DNA of 64,000 bases from Anaerovoracaceae bacterium (GCA_045599945.1 JAZRWY010000029.1:6-64005), one strand, 5' to 3'. Shown: positions 49,714 through 62,042, counted from the stretch's first letter. The notes: generated by a model from the letters alone, not told the origin. Made by a program: numbers and translations.

Positions 49714-51027
49714 CTATTCAACAATTTCTCCTACCAGGCTGAATGTGTTTGCGCCTGTAATCCTTACATTGACCATTTCTCCTGCCTTTGAGTTCTCAGC
49801 CTTGAAATTTACCAGCTTAAAGCCTTCTGTTCTTCCTGAGCAGGTAAACAGGTCATTCTTTGATACTCCATCCACCAATACCTGGAATGTCTTTCCTATG
49901 CATGCCGCATTCTTTGCTGCCGCACTTTCATTGATTACATCGACGAGTCTTTCAAATCTCGCATGCTTGATATCTTCCGGAATCTGGTTTTCCATCTTTT
50001 CTGCAGGCGTTCCTTTCCGGATGCTGTAGAGGAAGGTAAAGGCTGAATCATAGCCTACCTCTCTGCAAAGAGAGAGCGTATCCTCAAAGTCTTCTTCCGT
50101 CTCTCCCGGAAATCCTACAATGATATCCGTACTCATGGTGATATCCGGCACTGCCGCCTTCAGTTTCCGGACAAGATCCAGATATCTTTCTCTATCATAT
50201 TTTCTGTTCATTTCCCGAAGCACTTTACTGGAACCCGACTGCACAGGAAGATGAATGTTGTTACAGAGCTTATCGCAGTCTGCAAAAGCCTGTATGAGTC
50301 TGTCCGAAAGGTCCTTCGGATGAGATGTCATGAAACGGATTCTTTCAAGACCCTCCACGCCGTTCAGCGCATAGATGAGATCTGTAAAGTCATAGCCGCT
50401 TCCGCCGTCATATGAATTGACATTCTGTCCCAGAACCGTAATCTCCCTGACACCGTCTGCAGCAAGAGTTCTTACTTCTTCCAGTATGTCCTTGGGCTTT
50501 CTGCTCTTTTCTCTGCCCCGCGTGTATGGAACGATGCAATATGTACAGAAGTTGTTGCATCCATACATGATATTGACAAAGGCCTTATGCTGAAAGAGCC
50601 TCTTTGACGGAAGACCTTCTACGATTTCTTCTCGGTCCGGAAGAATCTCCATCTGTCTCTTTCTTGTCTCTGCTGCATCATCCAGAAGTTTCGGCAGGTT
50701 ATGTATGTTATGCGTTCCAAAGATGATATCCACCCATGGGTATTTTACTTTCAGTGTATCTGTCACATGTTCCTGCTGCATCATGCATCCGCATACGCCT
50801 ACGATGAAGTTTTCATCTGCCTCATGCTTATGCTTCAGCTGCCCAAGGGTTCCAAAGAATCTCTTGTCTGCATTTTCCCTGATGGAACATGTATTGATGA
50901 TGAGAACATCTGCCTCTTTCCGGTCTTCGCAGTGCACATAGCCTCTTTCCTCAAGCATTCCTGCCATGATTTCAGAGTCATGTTCATTCATCTGACATCC
51001 GAATGTTATGATATGGTATTTCTTCAT
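49714..51027 (-). CDS. miaB: tRNA-i6A37 methylthiotransferase MiaB (radical SAM)
   Basis: Begins MKKYHIITFGCQMNEHDSE and contains a CNNFCTYCIVP radical-SAM cluster and a TRAM C-terminus. Confidence 0.94.
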   Translation of the reverse strand: MKKYHIITFGCQMNEHDSEIMAGMLEERGYVHCEDRKEADVLIINTCSIRENADKRFFGTLGQLKHKHEADENFIVGVCGCMMQQEHVTDTLKVKYPWVDIIFGTHNIHNLPKLLDDAAETRKRQMEILPDREEIVEGLPSKRLFQHKAFVNIMYGCNNFCTYCIVPYTRGREKSRKPKDILEEVRTLAADGVREITVLGQNVNSYDGGSGYDFTDLIYALNGVEGLERIRFMTSHPKDLSDRLIQAFADCDKLCNNIHLPVQSGSSKVLREMNRKYDRERYLDLVRKLKAAVPDITMSTDIIVGFPGETEEDFEDTLSLCREVGYDSAFTFLYSIRKGTPAEKMENQIPEDIKHARFERLVDVINESAAAKNAACIGKTFQVLVDGVSKNDLFTCSGRTEGFKLVNFKAENSKAGEMVNVRITGANTFSLVGEIVE

Positions 51028-51058
51028 ACGATAATCTCCTCTTGAAATCTAACACTTA

Positions 51059-51087
51059 ATTATACCCCATATGCCTTGAAATTCCAA
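51059..51087 (-). promoter_or_regulatory. promoter of the miaB / GTPase-NYN operon (TTGGAA-17-TATAAT)
   Basis: The minus strand reads TTGGAA tttcaaggcatatgggg TATAAT. Confidence 0.6.
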
Positions 51088-51092
51088 ATATG

Positions 51093-51118
51093 AAAAAAAG
51101 GCCCTGCAAAGCAGAGCC
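51093..51118 (-). terminator. intrinsic terminator after hppA
   Basis: The minus strand reads GGCTCTGC-ttt-GCAGGGCC followed by TTTTTTT. Confidence 0.85.
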
Positions 51119-51132
51119 CGAATAGTCACGTA

Positions 51133-53151
51133 TTAAAGTAAGCCGCCGATCTGTACGAACAGTGGAGCAAATACCAGTGATACGATTGTCATCAGCTTGA
51201 TCAGAATGTTGATGGAAGGACCGGATGTATCCTTGAACGGGTCACCAACGGTATCGCCTACTACTGTAGCCTTATGGGTTTCTGAACCCTTTCCGCCATA
51301 GTTTCCTTCTTCAACATACTTCTTTGCATTGTCCCATGCGCCGCCTGCATTTGCCATCATGATGGCAAGAAGCACGCCGGCTGCAAGAGCACCTGCAAGC
51401 ATGCCGCCAAGAGCCTTAACGCCAAGTACGATACCAACCAGAAGCGGACATACAATGGCAATGAGACCAGGCATGATCATTTCCTTCAGAGCAGCACCGG
51501 TTGAGATTGCTACGCATTTCGCATAGTCAGGCTTGGAAGTTCCTTCCATGATTCCCTTGTCTTCTCTGAACTGTCTTCTTACTTCCTCGATCATCTGGTT
51601 TGCAGCTCTACCTACGGAATTCATGGTAAGTGCTGAGAACAGGAACGGAAGCATTGCACCGATGAATAATCCAATGATTACGATTGGCTCCAGAAGGTTT
51701 ACGCCTTCGCCGGTAAGTCCTGTAACTTCTGCATAGGATACGAACAGTGCCAGTGCAGTAAGTGCTGCAGAACCGATGGCAAAGCCTTTTCCGATTGCAG
51801 CTGTTGTATTACCAACTGCATCCAGCTTGTCTGTAATTTCTCTTACATTATCCGGAAGCTCTGACATTTCAGCTATGCCGCCGGCATTATCCGAAACCGG
51901 ACCGTAAGCATCAACGGCTACTGTCATGCCTGTAGTGGAAAGCATTCCTACTGCTGCAAGAGCAATGCCGTATACGCCTGCAAATGTATATGCAACATAG
52001 ATACCAATACAGATGCAGATGATTGGCCATAATGTTGACATCATGCCAACGCCCATGCCTGAAATGATGGTTGTTGCGGAACCTGTCTGAGATTCTTCTG
52101 CAATCTTCTTAACGGATTTATAATCTTCTGATGTATAGATTTCTGTAATCTTACCAATGGCTATACCTACGATCAGACCGGCAATGATTGCTGCTGCATA
52201 GGATAAGTTGTGAAGCATTACCTTGGAAAGAACCAGAGCTGCAACGATTACAATCGCACCTGAAATATATGTACCTGTGTTCAGAGCTGCTGACGGATTT
52301 CCGCCATCCTTTCCTCTTACACATAAGATTCCAACAACGGAAGCAAGAACACCGACTGCTGCAAGAACCAGCGGGAATACTGCTGCTGCAGTTTCTGAAA
52401 ATGCATTTCCGGATGCTGCTGCTGCAACTGCTGCCAATGTGATGGCTGAAATGATGGAGCCAACATAGGATTCGAACAGGTCAGAACCCATTCCGGCAAC
52501 GTCGCCAACATTATCTCCTACGTTATCTGCGATAACTGCAGGGTTTCTAGGGTCATCTTCCGGGATTCCGGCTTCTACCTTACCTACCAGGTCAGCACCA
52601 ACGTCTGCTGCCTTTGTATAGATACCGCCGCCTACTCTTCCAAATAAAGCCATGGATGATGCACCAAGACCAAATCCTGTTGCACACTGCATCACTGTTG
52701 CAAGCTTTAATACGCAGAATACGCATCCAAGACCAAACAGACCAAGGCCTGCTACGCAAAGTCCCATGACTGCACCCGAACGGAATGCAACCTTCAGTGC
52801 CTTTGGCATGCCGCTTTCCATTGCAGCATTTGCTGTTCTTACATTACCCAGTGTTGCAACTTTCATTCCGAAGAATCCTGCAAGAACAGATAAGCATGCA
52901 CCGATTACATAAAGAACTCCTGTCTTCCAGCTGATTGCTGCTGTAATCAGGATGAACAGGCAAACGATTACGATAATCATTACTTTGTATTCCTTATACA
53001 GGAATGCCATTGCTCCTTCTCTGATAAAACCAGAGATTTCCTTCATTCTGTCGGTTCCTTCCTCCTGCTTTCCGATCCATGCTGCAAGTGAATATGCAAC
53101 AATCAGACCGATGAGAGCAGCAATGGGAACCAAGACTGCCAGTATTTTCAT
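51133..53151 (-). CDS. hppA: membrane-integral H+/Na+-translocating pyrophosphatase
   Basis: 672 aa with about 16 TM segments. Contains [27 protein letters not shown] and [14 protein letters not shown]. Confidence 0.96.
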   Translation of the reverse strand: MKILAVLVPIAALIGLIVAYSLAAWIGKQEEGTDRMKEISGFIREGAMAFLYKEYKVMIIVIVCLFILITAAISWKTGVLYVIGACLSVLAGFFGMKVATLGNVRTANAAMESGMPKALKVAFRSGAVMGLCVAGLGLFGLGCVFCVLKLATVMQCATGFGLGASSMALFGRVGGGIYTKAADVGADLVGKVEAGIPEDDPRNPAVIADNVGDNVGDVAGMGSDLFESYVGSIISAITLAAVAAAASGNAFSETAAAVFPLVLAAVGVLASVVGILCVRGKDGGNPSAALNTGTYISGAIVIVAALVLSKVMLHNLSYAAAIIAGLIVGIAIGKITEIYTSEDYKSVKKIAEESQTGSATTIISGMGVGMMSTLWPIICICIGIYVAYTFAGVYGIALAAVGMLSTTGMTVAVDAYGPVSDNAGGIAEMSELPDNVREITDKLDAVGNTTAAIGKGFAIGSAALTALALFVSYAEVTGLTGEGVNLLEPIVIIGLFIGAMLPFLFSALTMNSVGRAANQMIEEVRRQFREDKGIMEGTSKPDYAKCVAISTGAALKEMIMPGLIAIVCPLLVGIVLGVKALGGMLAGALAAGVLLAIMMANAGGAWDNAKKYVEEGNYGGKGSETHKATVVGDTVGDPFKDTSGPSINILIKLMTIVSLVFAPLFVQIGGLL

Positions 53152-53242
53152 ACTTCATACCTCCTATAACATTTCTTATTTCACGCTTTCAGATGATTTC
53201 TGCCGGATCAGAACTGATATTGTCTGAAAATTCAGCAAGAAT

Positions 53243-53269
53243 ACTAAAAGGTGCCTAGCAGACACCTTT
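53243..53269 (-). terminator. intrinsic terminator after secG
   Basis: The minus strand reads AAAGGTGTC-tgcta-GGCACCTTT followed by TAGTATT. Confidence 0.65.
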
Positions 53270-53297
53270 CGGAAAAGCTTTATATTCGCTGTTTAAT

Positions 53298-53528
53298 CTA
53301 TTCCATCGCAACCAGAACCAGCGATAACAGGATAAACAGAACACCACCGACTGTAGTGATCTTGTTCAGAATAGCATCGTACTTCTTCGCCTTTTTCTTG
53401 CCAAAAAGCTGCTCTGCACCGCCTCCGATTGTTCCAGCCATTCCAGCGCTGTTACCGGACTGCATGAGAATTGATGCGATCAGAACAACACTTGCAATTG
53501 CTAATAATACCATTAAAGCAGTATTCAT
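53298..53528 (-). CDS. secG: preprotein translocase subunit SecG
   Basis: Begins MNTALMVLLAIASVVLIASILMQSGNSAGM (76 aa) after a GAGGAGG SD. The long ORF start at 53633 was rejected. Confidence 0.88.
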   Translation of the reverse strand: MNTALMVLLAIASVVLIASILMQSGNSAGMAGTIGGGAEQLFGKKKAKKYDAILNKITTVGGVLFILLSLVLVAME

Positions 53529-53559
53529 AAAAATATACCTCCTCAAAATTGACCATTTC

Positions 53560-53588
53560 ATTCTAACATACGAAAAAACAAAAATCAA
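53560..53588 (-). promoter_or_regulatory. proximal secG promoter P2 (TTGATT-17-TGtTAGAAT)
   Basis: The minus strand reads TTGATT tttgttttttcgtatgt TAGAAT. Confidence 0.55.
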
Positions 53589-53681
53589 TAGATTATTTTT
53601 GTGTTCCGGCCATGCTTTGGAAGCATATATCATTCACTTTTTCTTATATCCATATTAGTGTCTCTAATAAGCACAATAGAG

Positions 53682-53710
53682 AATATACCACATTTGTTTT
53701 ATTCTTTCAA
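53682..53710 (-). promoter_or_regulatory. distal promoter P1 between eno and secG (TTGAAA-17-TATATT)
   Basis: The minus strand reads TTGAAA gaataaaacaaatgtgg TATATT. Confidence 0.5.
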
Positions 53711-53731
53711 CCTATTTGTGCAAAAAATAGC

Positions 53732-53758
53732 AAAAAAAGCGGCAGATTTCTCTGCCGC
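53732..53758 (-). terminator. intrinsic terminator after eno
   Basis: The minus strand reads GCGGCAGA-gaaa-TCTGCCGC followed by TTTTTTT. Confidence 0.9.
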
Positions 53759-53770
53759 GTACAATCCGAT

Positions 53771-55824
<2,054 letters not shown>

Positions 55825-55833
55825 TTCTGCCTC

Positions 55834-57018
55834 CTATTTATCGTTCAGGCATGCAATTCCAGGAAGAACCTTTCCCTCAAGGAATTCCAGGGATGCGCCG
55901 CCGCCTGTTGAAATATGCGTCATTTTATCTGCAAGACCTGCTGCTTCAACTGCTGCAGCAGAATCGCCTCCGCCGATTACAGTGACTGCATCGGACTGGG
56001 CCAGAACTTCTGCAACTGCATACGTTCCCTTTGCGAAATTCGGCATTTCAAATACACCCATCGGTCCGTTCCAGACCACCGTCTTTGCCTTCTTCAGTTC
56101 TTCACTGAAAAGTTCAATTGTCTTCGGCCCTATGTCAAGTCCCATGAGGTCAGCAGGGATGCTGTCTCTGTCATATGCTGCTGCCGGTGAATCGTTGTTG
56201 AATTCTGCTGCACATACTGCATCTACAGGAATCAGCATCTTTACGCCTTTCTCTTCTGCTTCCTTCAGAAGTTTTCCGGCCAGCTCGATGCTTTCCTCAT
56301 CAAGAATGGAAGTTCCGATTTCAAGACCCATCGCCTTGAAGAATGTATATGCCATGCCGCCGCCGACAATGAGTGTATCCACCTTGCCCAGGAGATTCTC
56401 AATAACAGGAATCTTGTCTCCGACCTTTGCTCCGCCCATGACTGCGCAGAACGGTCTCTGCGGATTCTCTACGGCTTCTCCCAGGAATTTCAGTTCCTTT
56501 TCAATCAGGAATCCCGATACAGCAGGAAGATAGTCTGCTATGCCCGCCGTGGATGAATGTGCCCGGTGTGCTGTTCCGAAAGCGTCATTTACAAATACTT
56601 CTGCCAGTTCTGCCAGTTCCTTTGCAAATACAGGATCGTTATCTGTCTCTCCCTTTACAAATCTGACATTTTCAAGAAGCATGACTTCTCCGCCCTTCAG
56701 TTCTTCTGCCGCCTTCCTGACTGCATCATCAACCACCGTTGGCGAAGTCACGAATTTCACTTCTTTTCCGAGAAGCTCTGCAAGTCTTTCTGCAACAGGT
56801 GCCAGAGAGTATTCCATCTTTGGCTCGCCCTTCGGTCTTCCCATGTGTGACATGAGGATGACTGCGCATTCCTGTTCCAGAAGATAATCCACTGTCGACA
56901 TTGCTGCCCGGATTCGGATATCATCTGTAATTTTTCCGTCCTTCATCGGAACGTTATAGTCACATCTGACGATGACCTTCTTTCCTTTCAGGTCAATATC
57001 TTTCACATTTTTCTTCAT
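55834..57018 (-). CDS. pgk: phosphoglycerate kinase
   Basis: Contains [20 protein letters not shown] and [13 protein letters not shown]. Confidence 0.97.
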   Translation of the reverse strand: MKKNVKDIDLKGKKVIVRCDYNVPMKDGKITDDIRIRAAMSTVDYLLEQECAVILMSHMGRPKGEPKMEYSLAPVAERLAELLGKEVKFVTSPTVVDDAVRKAAEELKGGEVMLLENVRFVKGETDNDPVFAKELAELAEVFVNDAFGTAHRAHSSTAGIADYLPAVSGFLIEKELKFLGEAVENPQRPFCAVMGGAKVGDKIPVIENLLGKVDTLIVGGGMAYTFFKAMGLEIGTSILDEESIELAGKLLKEAEEKGVKMLIPVDAVCAAEFNNDSPAAAYDRDSIPADLMGLDIGPKTIELFSEELKKAKTVVWNGPMGVFEMPNFAKGTYAVAEVLAQSDAVTVIGGGDSAAAVEAAGLADKMTHISTGGGASLEFLEGKVLPGIACLNDK

Positions 57019-57035
57019 GATACCATCCTCTTATC

Positions 57036-58052
57036 CTACTTGTTATCTTCTGCATACATGTGTCTGATCAGTCTCAGCAGATTGGAAGAATAGCCGAATT
57101 CGTTATCGTAGAAGGATACGAATTTGAACATCTTGTCATTGAGCTGGAATCCCTGTCTTGCATCGAAGATGGATGGACATGCGTCACCGATGAAATCGGA
57201 TGAAACCACTTCATCATCCACATATTCAATGACATCCTTCAGATATGTCTCTGAAGCTGCCTTGACCTTTTCGCAGACATCTTCATAAGTGGTTGCTGTC
57301 TTCAGTCTGATGTTCAGGTCAACAACAGATACATCAACGGTAGGTACTCTGTATGCGATACCTGTCATCTTTCCCTGTACGGATGGTATTACAAGACCAA
57401 CGGCCTTTGCAGCACCTGTCGTAGTAGGAATGATATTATTGAATACCGATCTTCCTGTTCTCCAGTCCTTCATGGATCTTGCATCAACAACCTTCTGCTT
57501 TGCTGTTGCTGAGTGGATGGTTGACATCAGACCTTCTTCAATTCCATAATTGTCTTCCAGAACCTTTGTCAATGGAGCCAGACAGTTTGTTGTACATGAT
57601 GCAGAGGAAACCACCTGATATTCCGGCTTATATTCCTGTTCATTGACACCATATACGAATGTCGGTGTTCCCTTATCCTTTGCAGGAGCAGAAATGATTA
57701 CTTTCTTTGCTCCTCCATTGATATGTACCATTGCCTTTTCTGTTGTATTGTATGCACCGGTTCCTTCCATGATATATTCAGCACCGCATTCGCCCCATGG
57801 AATGTCTGCAGCATCGCCGCAGCTGTATACAGGAACCTTCTTACCATCAATGATAAGACCGTTTTCATACTTGTCCAGTTCCTTAGGGAATCTGCCGAAA
57901 GTAGTATCATACTTGAGCATGTATACCATGTAATCCAGGTCTGAATTACGCATGTTGATGCCTGCGATTTCGAAATCAGGCATGTCCATGACCGCACGGA
58001 TAATTACTCTTGAGATACGACCAAAACCACTGATACCAAGTTTAATTGCCAT
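57036..58052 (-). CDS. gap: type I glyceraldehyde-3-phosphate dehydrogenase
   Basis: Contains GISGFGRISR and the active site SASCTTNCLAP. Confidence 0.96.
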   Translation of the reverse strand: MAIKLGISGFGRISRVIIRAVMDMPDFEIAGINMRNSDLDYMVYMLKYDTTFGRFPKELDKYENGLIIDGKKVPVYSCGDAADIPWGECGAEYIMEGTGAYNTTEKAMVHINGGAKKVIISAPAKDKGTPTFVYGVNEQEYKPEYQVVSSASCTTNCLAPLTKVLEDNYGIEEGLMSTIHSATAKQKVVDARSMKDWRTGRSVFNNIIPTTTGAAKAVGLVIPSVQGKMTGIAYRVPTVDVSVVDLNIRLKTATTYEDVCEKVKAASETYLKDVIEYVDDEVVSSDFIGDACPSIFDARQGFQLNDKMFKFVSFYDNEFGYSSNLLRLIRHMYAEDNK

Positions 58053-58097
58053 TTTAATCCTCCTAATATTTATGTTACCAATAATTCATACTATTTT

Positions 58098-58129
58098 AAT
58101 GGTTTACAAACCATTCCAATATTATTGTA
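58098..58129 (-). promoter_or_regulatory. gap operon extended -10 promoter (TGgTACAAT) plus an 18-bp palindromic operator candidate
   Basis: The -10 is at 58124-58129. The palindrome AATGGTTTg/tAAACCATT at 58098-58115 has 8 of 9 bp per half-site and spans about +2 to +20. Confidence 0.5.
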
Positions 58130-58153
58130 CCACATTCGCCATCCAATAGCACG

Positions 58154-58189
58154 AAAAAACATCATAAGCCATAAAAATTGCTTATGATG
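58154..58189 (-). terminator. intrinsic terminator after trmL
   Basis: The minus strand reads CATCATAAGC-aatttttatg-GCTTATGATG followed by TTTTTT. Confidence 0.85.
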
Positions 58190-58196
58190 CCATTTT

Positions 58197-58667
58197 TCAT
58201 TCCAATCCCGGAAAACCCAGCTGCCTTAATGCTTCGAAGAGCACGATGTTTACTGAATTCGACAGATTCAAAGAGCGAAGTCTTGTATTCTCGCTCATAG
58301 GAATCCGGATGCATTTTTCCTCATTTGCCGCAATGAAGTCTTTGGGAAGACCTGCTGTTTCCCTGCCGAACAGGAGCATATCCCCATCTTGATACTCCAC
58401 ATCTGTGTATCTGTGCTTTCCTTTTGTTGTTGCCAGGAACATCCTGCATCCTGCATATTCTTCGAGAAACTCCTCCAGACTCTCATGGACGCGTACATCC
58501 ACATACGGCCAGTAGTCCAGTCCTGCGCGTTTCAGTGCCTTATCATCTATGGAAAACCCCAGAGGCTTCACCAGATGAAGCACGCTGTCCGTAATCGCAC
58601 ACGATCTGGAAACATTGCCGGTATTCGGAGGAATCTCCGGATTGACCATCACCACATGTATTGCCAT
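58197..58667 (-). CDS. trmL: tRNA (cytidine/uridine-2'-O)-methyltransferase TrmL (SpoU family)
   Basis: 156 aa containing VMVNPEIPPNTGNVSRSC, LLFGRETAGLP and IPM...RSLNLSNSV. Confidence 0.9.
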   Translation of the reverse strand: MAIHVVMVNPEIPPNTGNVSRSCAITDSVLHLVKPLGFSIDDKALKRAGLDYWPYVDVRVHESLEEFLEEYAGCRMFLATTKGKHRYTDVEYQDGDMLLFGRETAGLPKDFIAANEEKCIRIPMSENTRLRSLNLSNSVNIVLFEALRQLGFPGLE

Positions 58668-58804
58668 TTCATTCTCCTTTGCCCGTGTCCTTGTATCATC
58701 ATATCAGAGAAAACAGAACACAAAAAGACTTTTTTGTGATTTTTACAGGACAAATATATGTTTTTAGTATATAATAGAATTCATTGTAAGGAGGATTATT
58801 GAAC

Positions 58805-59770
58805 ATGAAAAAAGTAAACATCGGATTGCTGGGACTTGGCAACATCGGCACAGGCACTTACAAGGTTCTTGAAATGAACAGAAAACAGATTGAGAAGAAT
58901 ACCGGCTGTGACATCCGCATCACAAAAATCTTAGAAAAGGATGTTGACAGAAAAAGAGACATTACCGTATCGCCAGAACAGTTTACACAGAATCCGGACG
59001 AAATCTTCAATGACCCTGATATTGATATCGTAATTGAATTACTGGGAGGAATAGAGCCCGCATCATCATTCATGCTCAGCGCATTAAATGCAGGAAAGCA
59101 TGTGGTTACTGCGAACAAGGCAGCCGTTGCTGCAAACTTCGACAAGCTCCAGGCAGCCGCTAAGGCAAACAATGTAGAACTTAAGATTGAAGCATCCGTA
59201 GGCGGCGGTATCCCAATTCTGAACGCCCTTACAACCGTACTGGGTGCAAATCAGTTCGTTGAAATATTAGGAATCGTAAACGGCACAACAAATTATGTAT
59301 TAACAAAGATGACCGAAGAAGGTCAGGGATATGAAGAGGCAATCAGAGATGCGCAGGCAAAGGGCTTTGCAGAAGCAGACCCTACGGCTGATGTGGAAGG
59401 TATCGACGTTGCAAACAAGCTGTCCATTCTGATGGCACTTGCCTTCGATACATATGTCCCGCCGGCTGATATCCCGACCATCGGAATTACAGGCGTAACC
59501 AAAGAGGCAATCGAAGCTGCAAAGAAAGACAACTGCAGAATCAAGCTGATCTGCAGAGCGGCCATGGGAGAAAACGGTCTGGAATACAATATCGGACCGA
59601 TGAAGCTTCCAAACGAGCATCCGCTTGCATCTGTTTCCAACGAATTCAATGCCGTATTCGTTACCGGAAATGCAGTGGGAGAATTGATGTTCTACGGCAA
59701 GGGCGCAGGCCCTCTTCCAACAGGCAGCGCTGTCATGGGAGATGTAATTGAAATCGCAAAAAGAATCTAG
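58805..59770 (+). CDS. hom: homoserine dehydrogenase (short form, no C-terminal ACT domain)
   Basis: Begins MKKVNIGLLGLGNIGTG after an AAGGAGG SD. Contains ANKA, GIVNGTTNY and DVEGIDVANKL. It ends right after GKGAGPLPTGSAVMGDV. Confidence 0.88.
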   Translation: MKKVNIGLLGLGNIGTGTYKVLEMNRKQIEKNTGCDIRITKILEKDVDRKRDITVSPEQFTQNPDEIFNDPDIDIVIELLGGIEPASSFMLSALNAGKHVVTANKAAVAANFDKLQAAAKANNVELKIEASVGGGIPILNALTTVLGANQFVEILGIVNGTTNYVLTKMTEEGQGYEEAIRDAQAKGFAEADPTADVEGIDVANKLSILMALAFDTYVPPADIPTIGITGVTKEAIEAAKKDNCRIKLICRAAMGENGLEYNIGPMKLPNEHPLASVSNEFNAVFVTGNAVGELMFYGKGAGPLPTGSAVMGDVIEIAKRI

Positions 59771-59780
59771 GAGGATATGA

Positions 59781-60284
59781 ATGGCAACTTTATTTGAACA
59801 GTGGAAAGATCTGATTGAAAACCAGACAGAAGATACATTTGAAGCATTCTGGAAAGAATATTCCGAAACGGAAACAAGAATCTATAAGGATCTTCTTGCA
59901 AACAGCGAAATAATCGCTACCGGAAAATTCCAGGAGCTTGCAGACAAATATGAAGCAGACCCTGTCATCTTCATGGGCTTTCTGGATGGCATCGATTCAT
60001 CTCTGAAGGAATCCAACGACTTTGAAAACTTTGATGAAGAATCGGAAATCAGGCTGGACATTGACTACGAAAAGCTGTTCTACAACATGCTGAAGGCAGA
60101 AGCGGACTATCTGTATTCCCTTGATGAATGGGACGGCATCCTTTCTGATGAAAGAAAACTGGAAATCGTAAAGGACTTCAAAAAATCCAGAACTGTCATC
60201 AAGGAAGCGAAGGTCGGAAGAAACGATCCCTGCCCTTGCGGCTCAGGAAAAAAATACAAGAAGTGCTGCGGAAAGAACGCATAA
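59781..60284 (+). CDS. SEC-C metal-binding motif protein, N-terminal domain of unknown function
   Basis: 167 aa ending [24 protein letters not shown] is AGGAGGA. It starts 10 nt after the hom stop. Confidence 0.8.
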   Translation: MATLFEQWKDLIENQTEDTFEAFWKEYSETETRIYKDLLANSEIIATGKFQELADKYEADPVIFMGFLDGIDSSLKESNDFENFDEESEIRLDIDYEKLFYNMLKAEADYLYSLDEWDGILSDERKLEIVKDFKKSRTVIKEAKVGRNDPCPCGSGKKYKKCCGKNA

Positions 60285-60321
60285 GACATGAAGACCTCGT
60301 CATTGGCGGGGTTTTCTTTTG

Positions 60322-60356
60322 AAGAAAAATACCGTATCGGTTTCCCGATACGGTAT
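60322..60356 (-). terminator. intrinsic terminator after the dihydropyrimidinase gene
   Basis: The minus strand reads ATACCGTATCGG-gaaa-CCGATACGGTAT followed by TTTTCTTC (perfect 12-bp stem). Confidence 0.85.
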
Positions 60357-60385
60357 TATCATGCATTGATTTCATTGGAAGTCAA

Positions 60386-61840
60386 TTAAAATTCAGGACC
60401 TGTGAATTTAACCTTCTTCTGCTTGATGAACTTGCCATAGCCCTTTTCGCCTACGAAGTCCTTACCATCAAATACAAGCTGACCTCTTGAGTATACTGCT
60501 GCAGGATAGCCCTTGAATTCAGCAGATTCCCAAACTGTATGGTCTAAAGCACCATGCTGGTTTTCAGCGTTCTTAACAACAAATTTGATCTTAGGATCGT
60601 AAACTACGATATCTGCGTCAAGACCGATTTCGATAGCGCCCTTGCAATAGTCGATACCGAACAGCTTAGCAGGATTTGCACAGGAAATCTCTACAGCCTT
60701 TTCAAATGAGATTCTGCCCTTGTTTGCTTCGGATAAGATGTAAGGATACATGTTTTCGATGCCTGCACAGCCGTTAGGAATTGTTGTATAGTTACCAGGA
60801 GTCTTTCCATCCTTCTGGATGATTCCCCAGTCTTTTTCTGACTGTAAGAACGGACAGTGGTCAGTAGCAAGAGTGGATACTGAGCCAGTCTTGATACCAT
60901 TCCAAAGAGCATCCTGTGAATCCTTGCCCTTCATTGGAGGTGAGCATACGAAATCTCTAGGTCTCAGACCTAAATCTGCATACTTCTTAGGGAATCCCTT
61001 GTCTTCATCCTTGTATACATCGCTGGTTAATGCTAAGTACTGAGGACATGTTTCAGCGAAGATTGGGAATCCTTCTGCTCTAGCTGCTGCTACTGCATCA
61101 ACACCCTGCTTGTTGTCAAGATGAACGATATAAAGAGCTGCGCCTGACATCTTTGCAAGGTTGATTGCTCTTACGTCTGCTTCACCTGCAACAGCTTCGT
61201 TCTTTGACATGTAATGCCACCATGCTGAAGTCTTGCCTTCGCCAAGATACTTAGCGTTCAGGCACTTGTTAACATCATTGTTTTCAGCATGTACACCAAC
61301 GATAGCGCCGATTTCAGTTGAATGCATCAGTACATTGTAGAACTGTCCATCATCTACACCAAAGTCATATACCATGAATACCTTGAATGATACTACGCCG
61401 TTTGCTACGCATTCGTCCATTGTAGCGATCATTTCAGGAGTTCTTGCATTACCAACACCTACGTGATATGAGTAGTCGATAGCCGGACCCTGTTCCTTAC
61501 AGATGGCATCTCTTCTCACTACTGCATCCCACATGCCTTCGTCATCTGCAGCCTGCAGTACAAAGTCAAATACTGTAGTAGTACCGCCGCATGCTGCAGC
61601 TCTTGTTCCTGTGTAATAGTCATCTGTTGCAATTGTTCCGCCAAAAGGCATTGCAAGATGTGTATGTCCATCAATGGCACCTGGAAGAATCAGCTTGCCC
61701 TTGCAGTCAATGACTTCTGTCTTAGCTTCCGGCTTTAAGTTTGCTCCGATGGCAACAATCTTTTCACCTTTAACAGCAACGTCTGCTTTATAGATGCTCT
61801 TAGGTGTTACGACTTTTCCGCCTTTGAATAATAAATCCAT
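60386..61840 (-). CDS. dihydropyrimidinase / D-hydantoinase (cyclic amidohydrolase)
   Basis: 484 aa containing LPGAIDGHTHL (HxH metal site), a carboxylated-Lys region (FKVFM) and HAEN. Confidence 0.9.
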   Translation of the reverse strand: MDLLFKGGKVVTPKSIYKADVAVKGEKIVAIGANLKPEAKTEVIDCKGKLILPGAIDGHTHLAMPFGGTIATDDYYTGTRAAACGGTTTVFDFVLQAADDEGMWDAVVRRDAICKEQGPAIDYSYHVGVGNARTPEMIATMDECVANGVVSFKVFMVYDFGVDDGQFYNVLMHSTEIGAIVGVHAENNDVNKCLNAKYLGEGKTSAWWHYMSKNEAVAGEADVRAINLAKMSGAALYIVHLDNKQGVDAVAAARAEGFPIFAETCPQYLALTSDVYKDEDKGFPKKYADLGLRPRDFVCSPPMKGKDSQDALWNGIKTGSVSTLATDHCPFLQSEKDWGIIQKDGKTPGNYTTIPNGCAGIENMYPYILSEANKGRISFEKAVEISCANPAKLFGIDYCKGAIEIGLDADIVVYDPKIKFVVKNAENQHGALDHTVWESAEFKGYPAAVYSRGQLVFDGKDFVGEKGYGKFIKQKKVKFTGPEF

Positions 61841-61893
61841 GAATTACCTCCTATATATTTTTTATATTTACGTACAATAGTTTCTGCACATAT

Positions 61894-61922
61894 ATTATAT
61901 CACCAAATGCTTTGTTTGTTTA
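61894..61922 (-). promoter_or_regulatory. candidate promoter of the dihydropyrimidinase gene (TAAACA-17-TGaTATAAT)
   Basis: The -10 is an extended TGaTATAAT. The -35 is weak. Confidence 0.45.
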
Positions 61923-61951
61923 CTGAAAACACAGAATTTGCTGATAATAAT

Positions 61952-61990
61952 CTTTTTAAAATATTAAGGACCTTGATACAAGGCCCTTAA
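61952..61990 (-). terminator. intrinsic terminator after the NCS1 permease gene
   Basis: The minus strand reads TTAAGGGCCTTG-tat-CAAGGTCCTTAA followed by TATTTTAAAAAG. Confidence 0.75.
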
Positions 61991-62042
61991 CATTATCTTT
62001 ACGCCATTGCGTAAGTTTCCGTATTTAGAATCGTCTGTCCGA

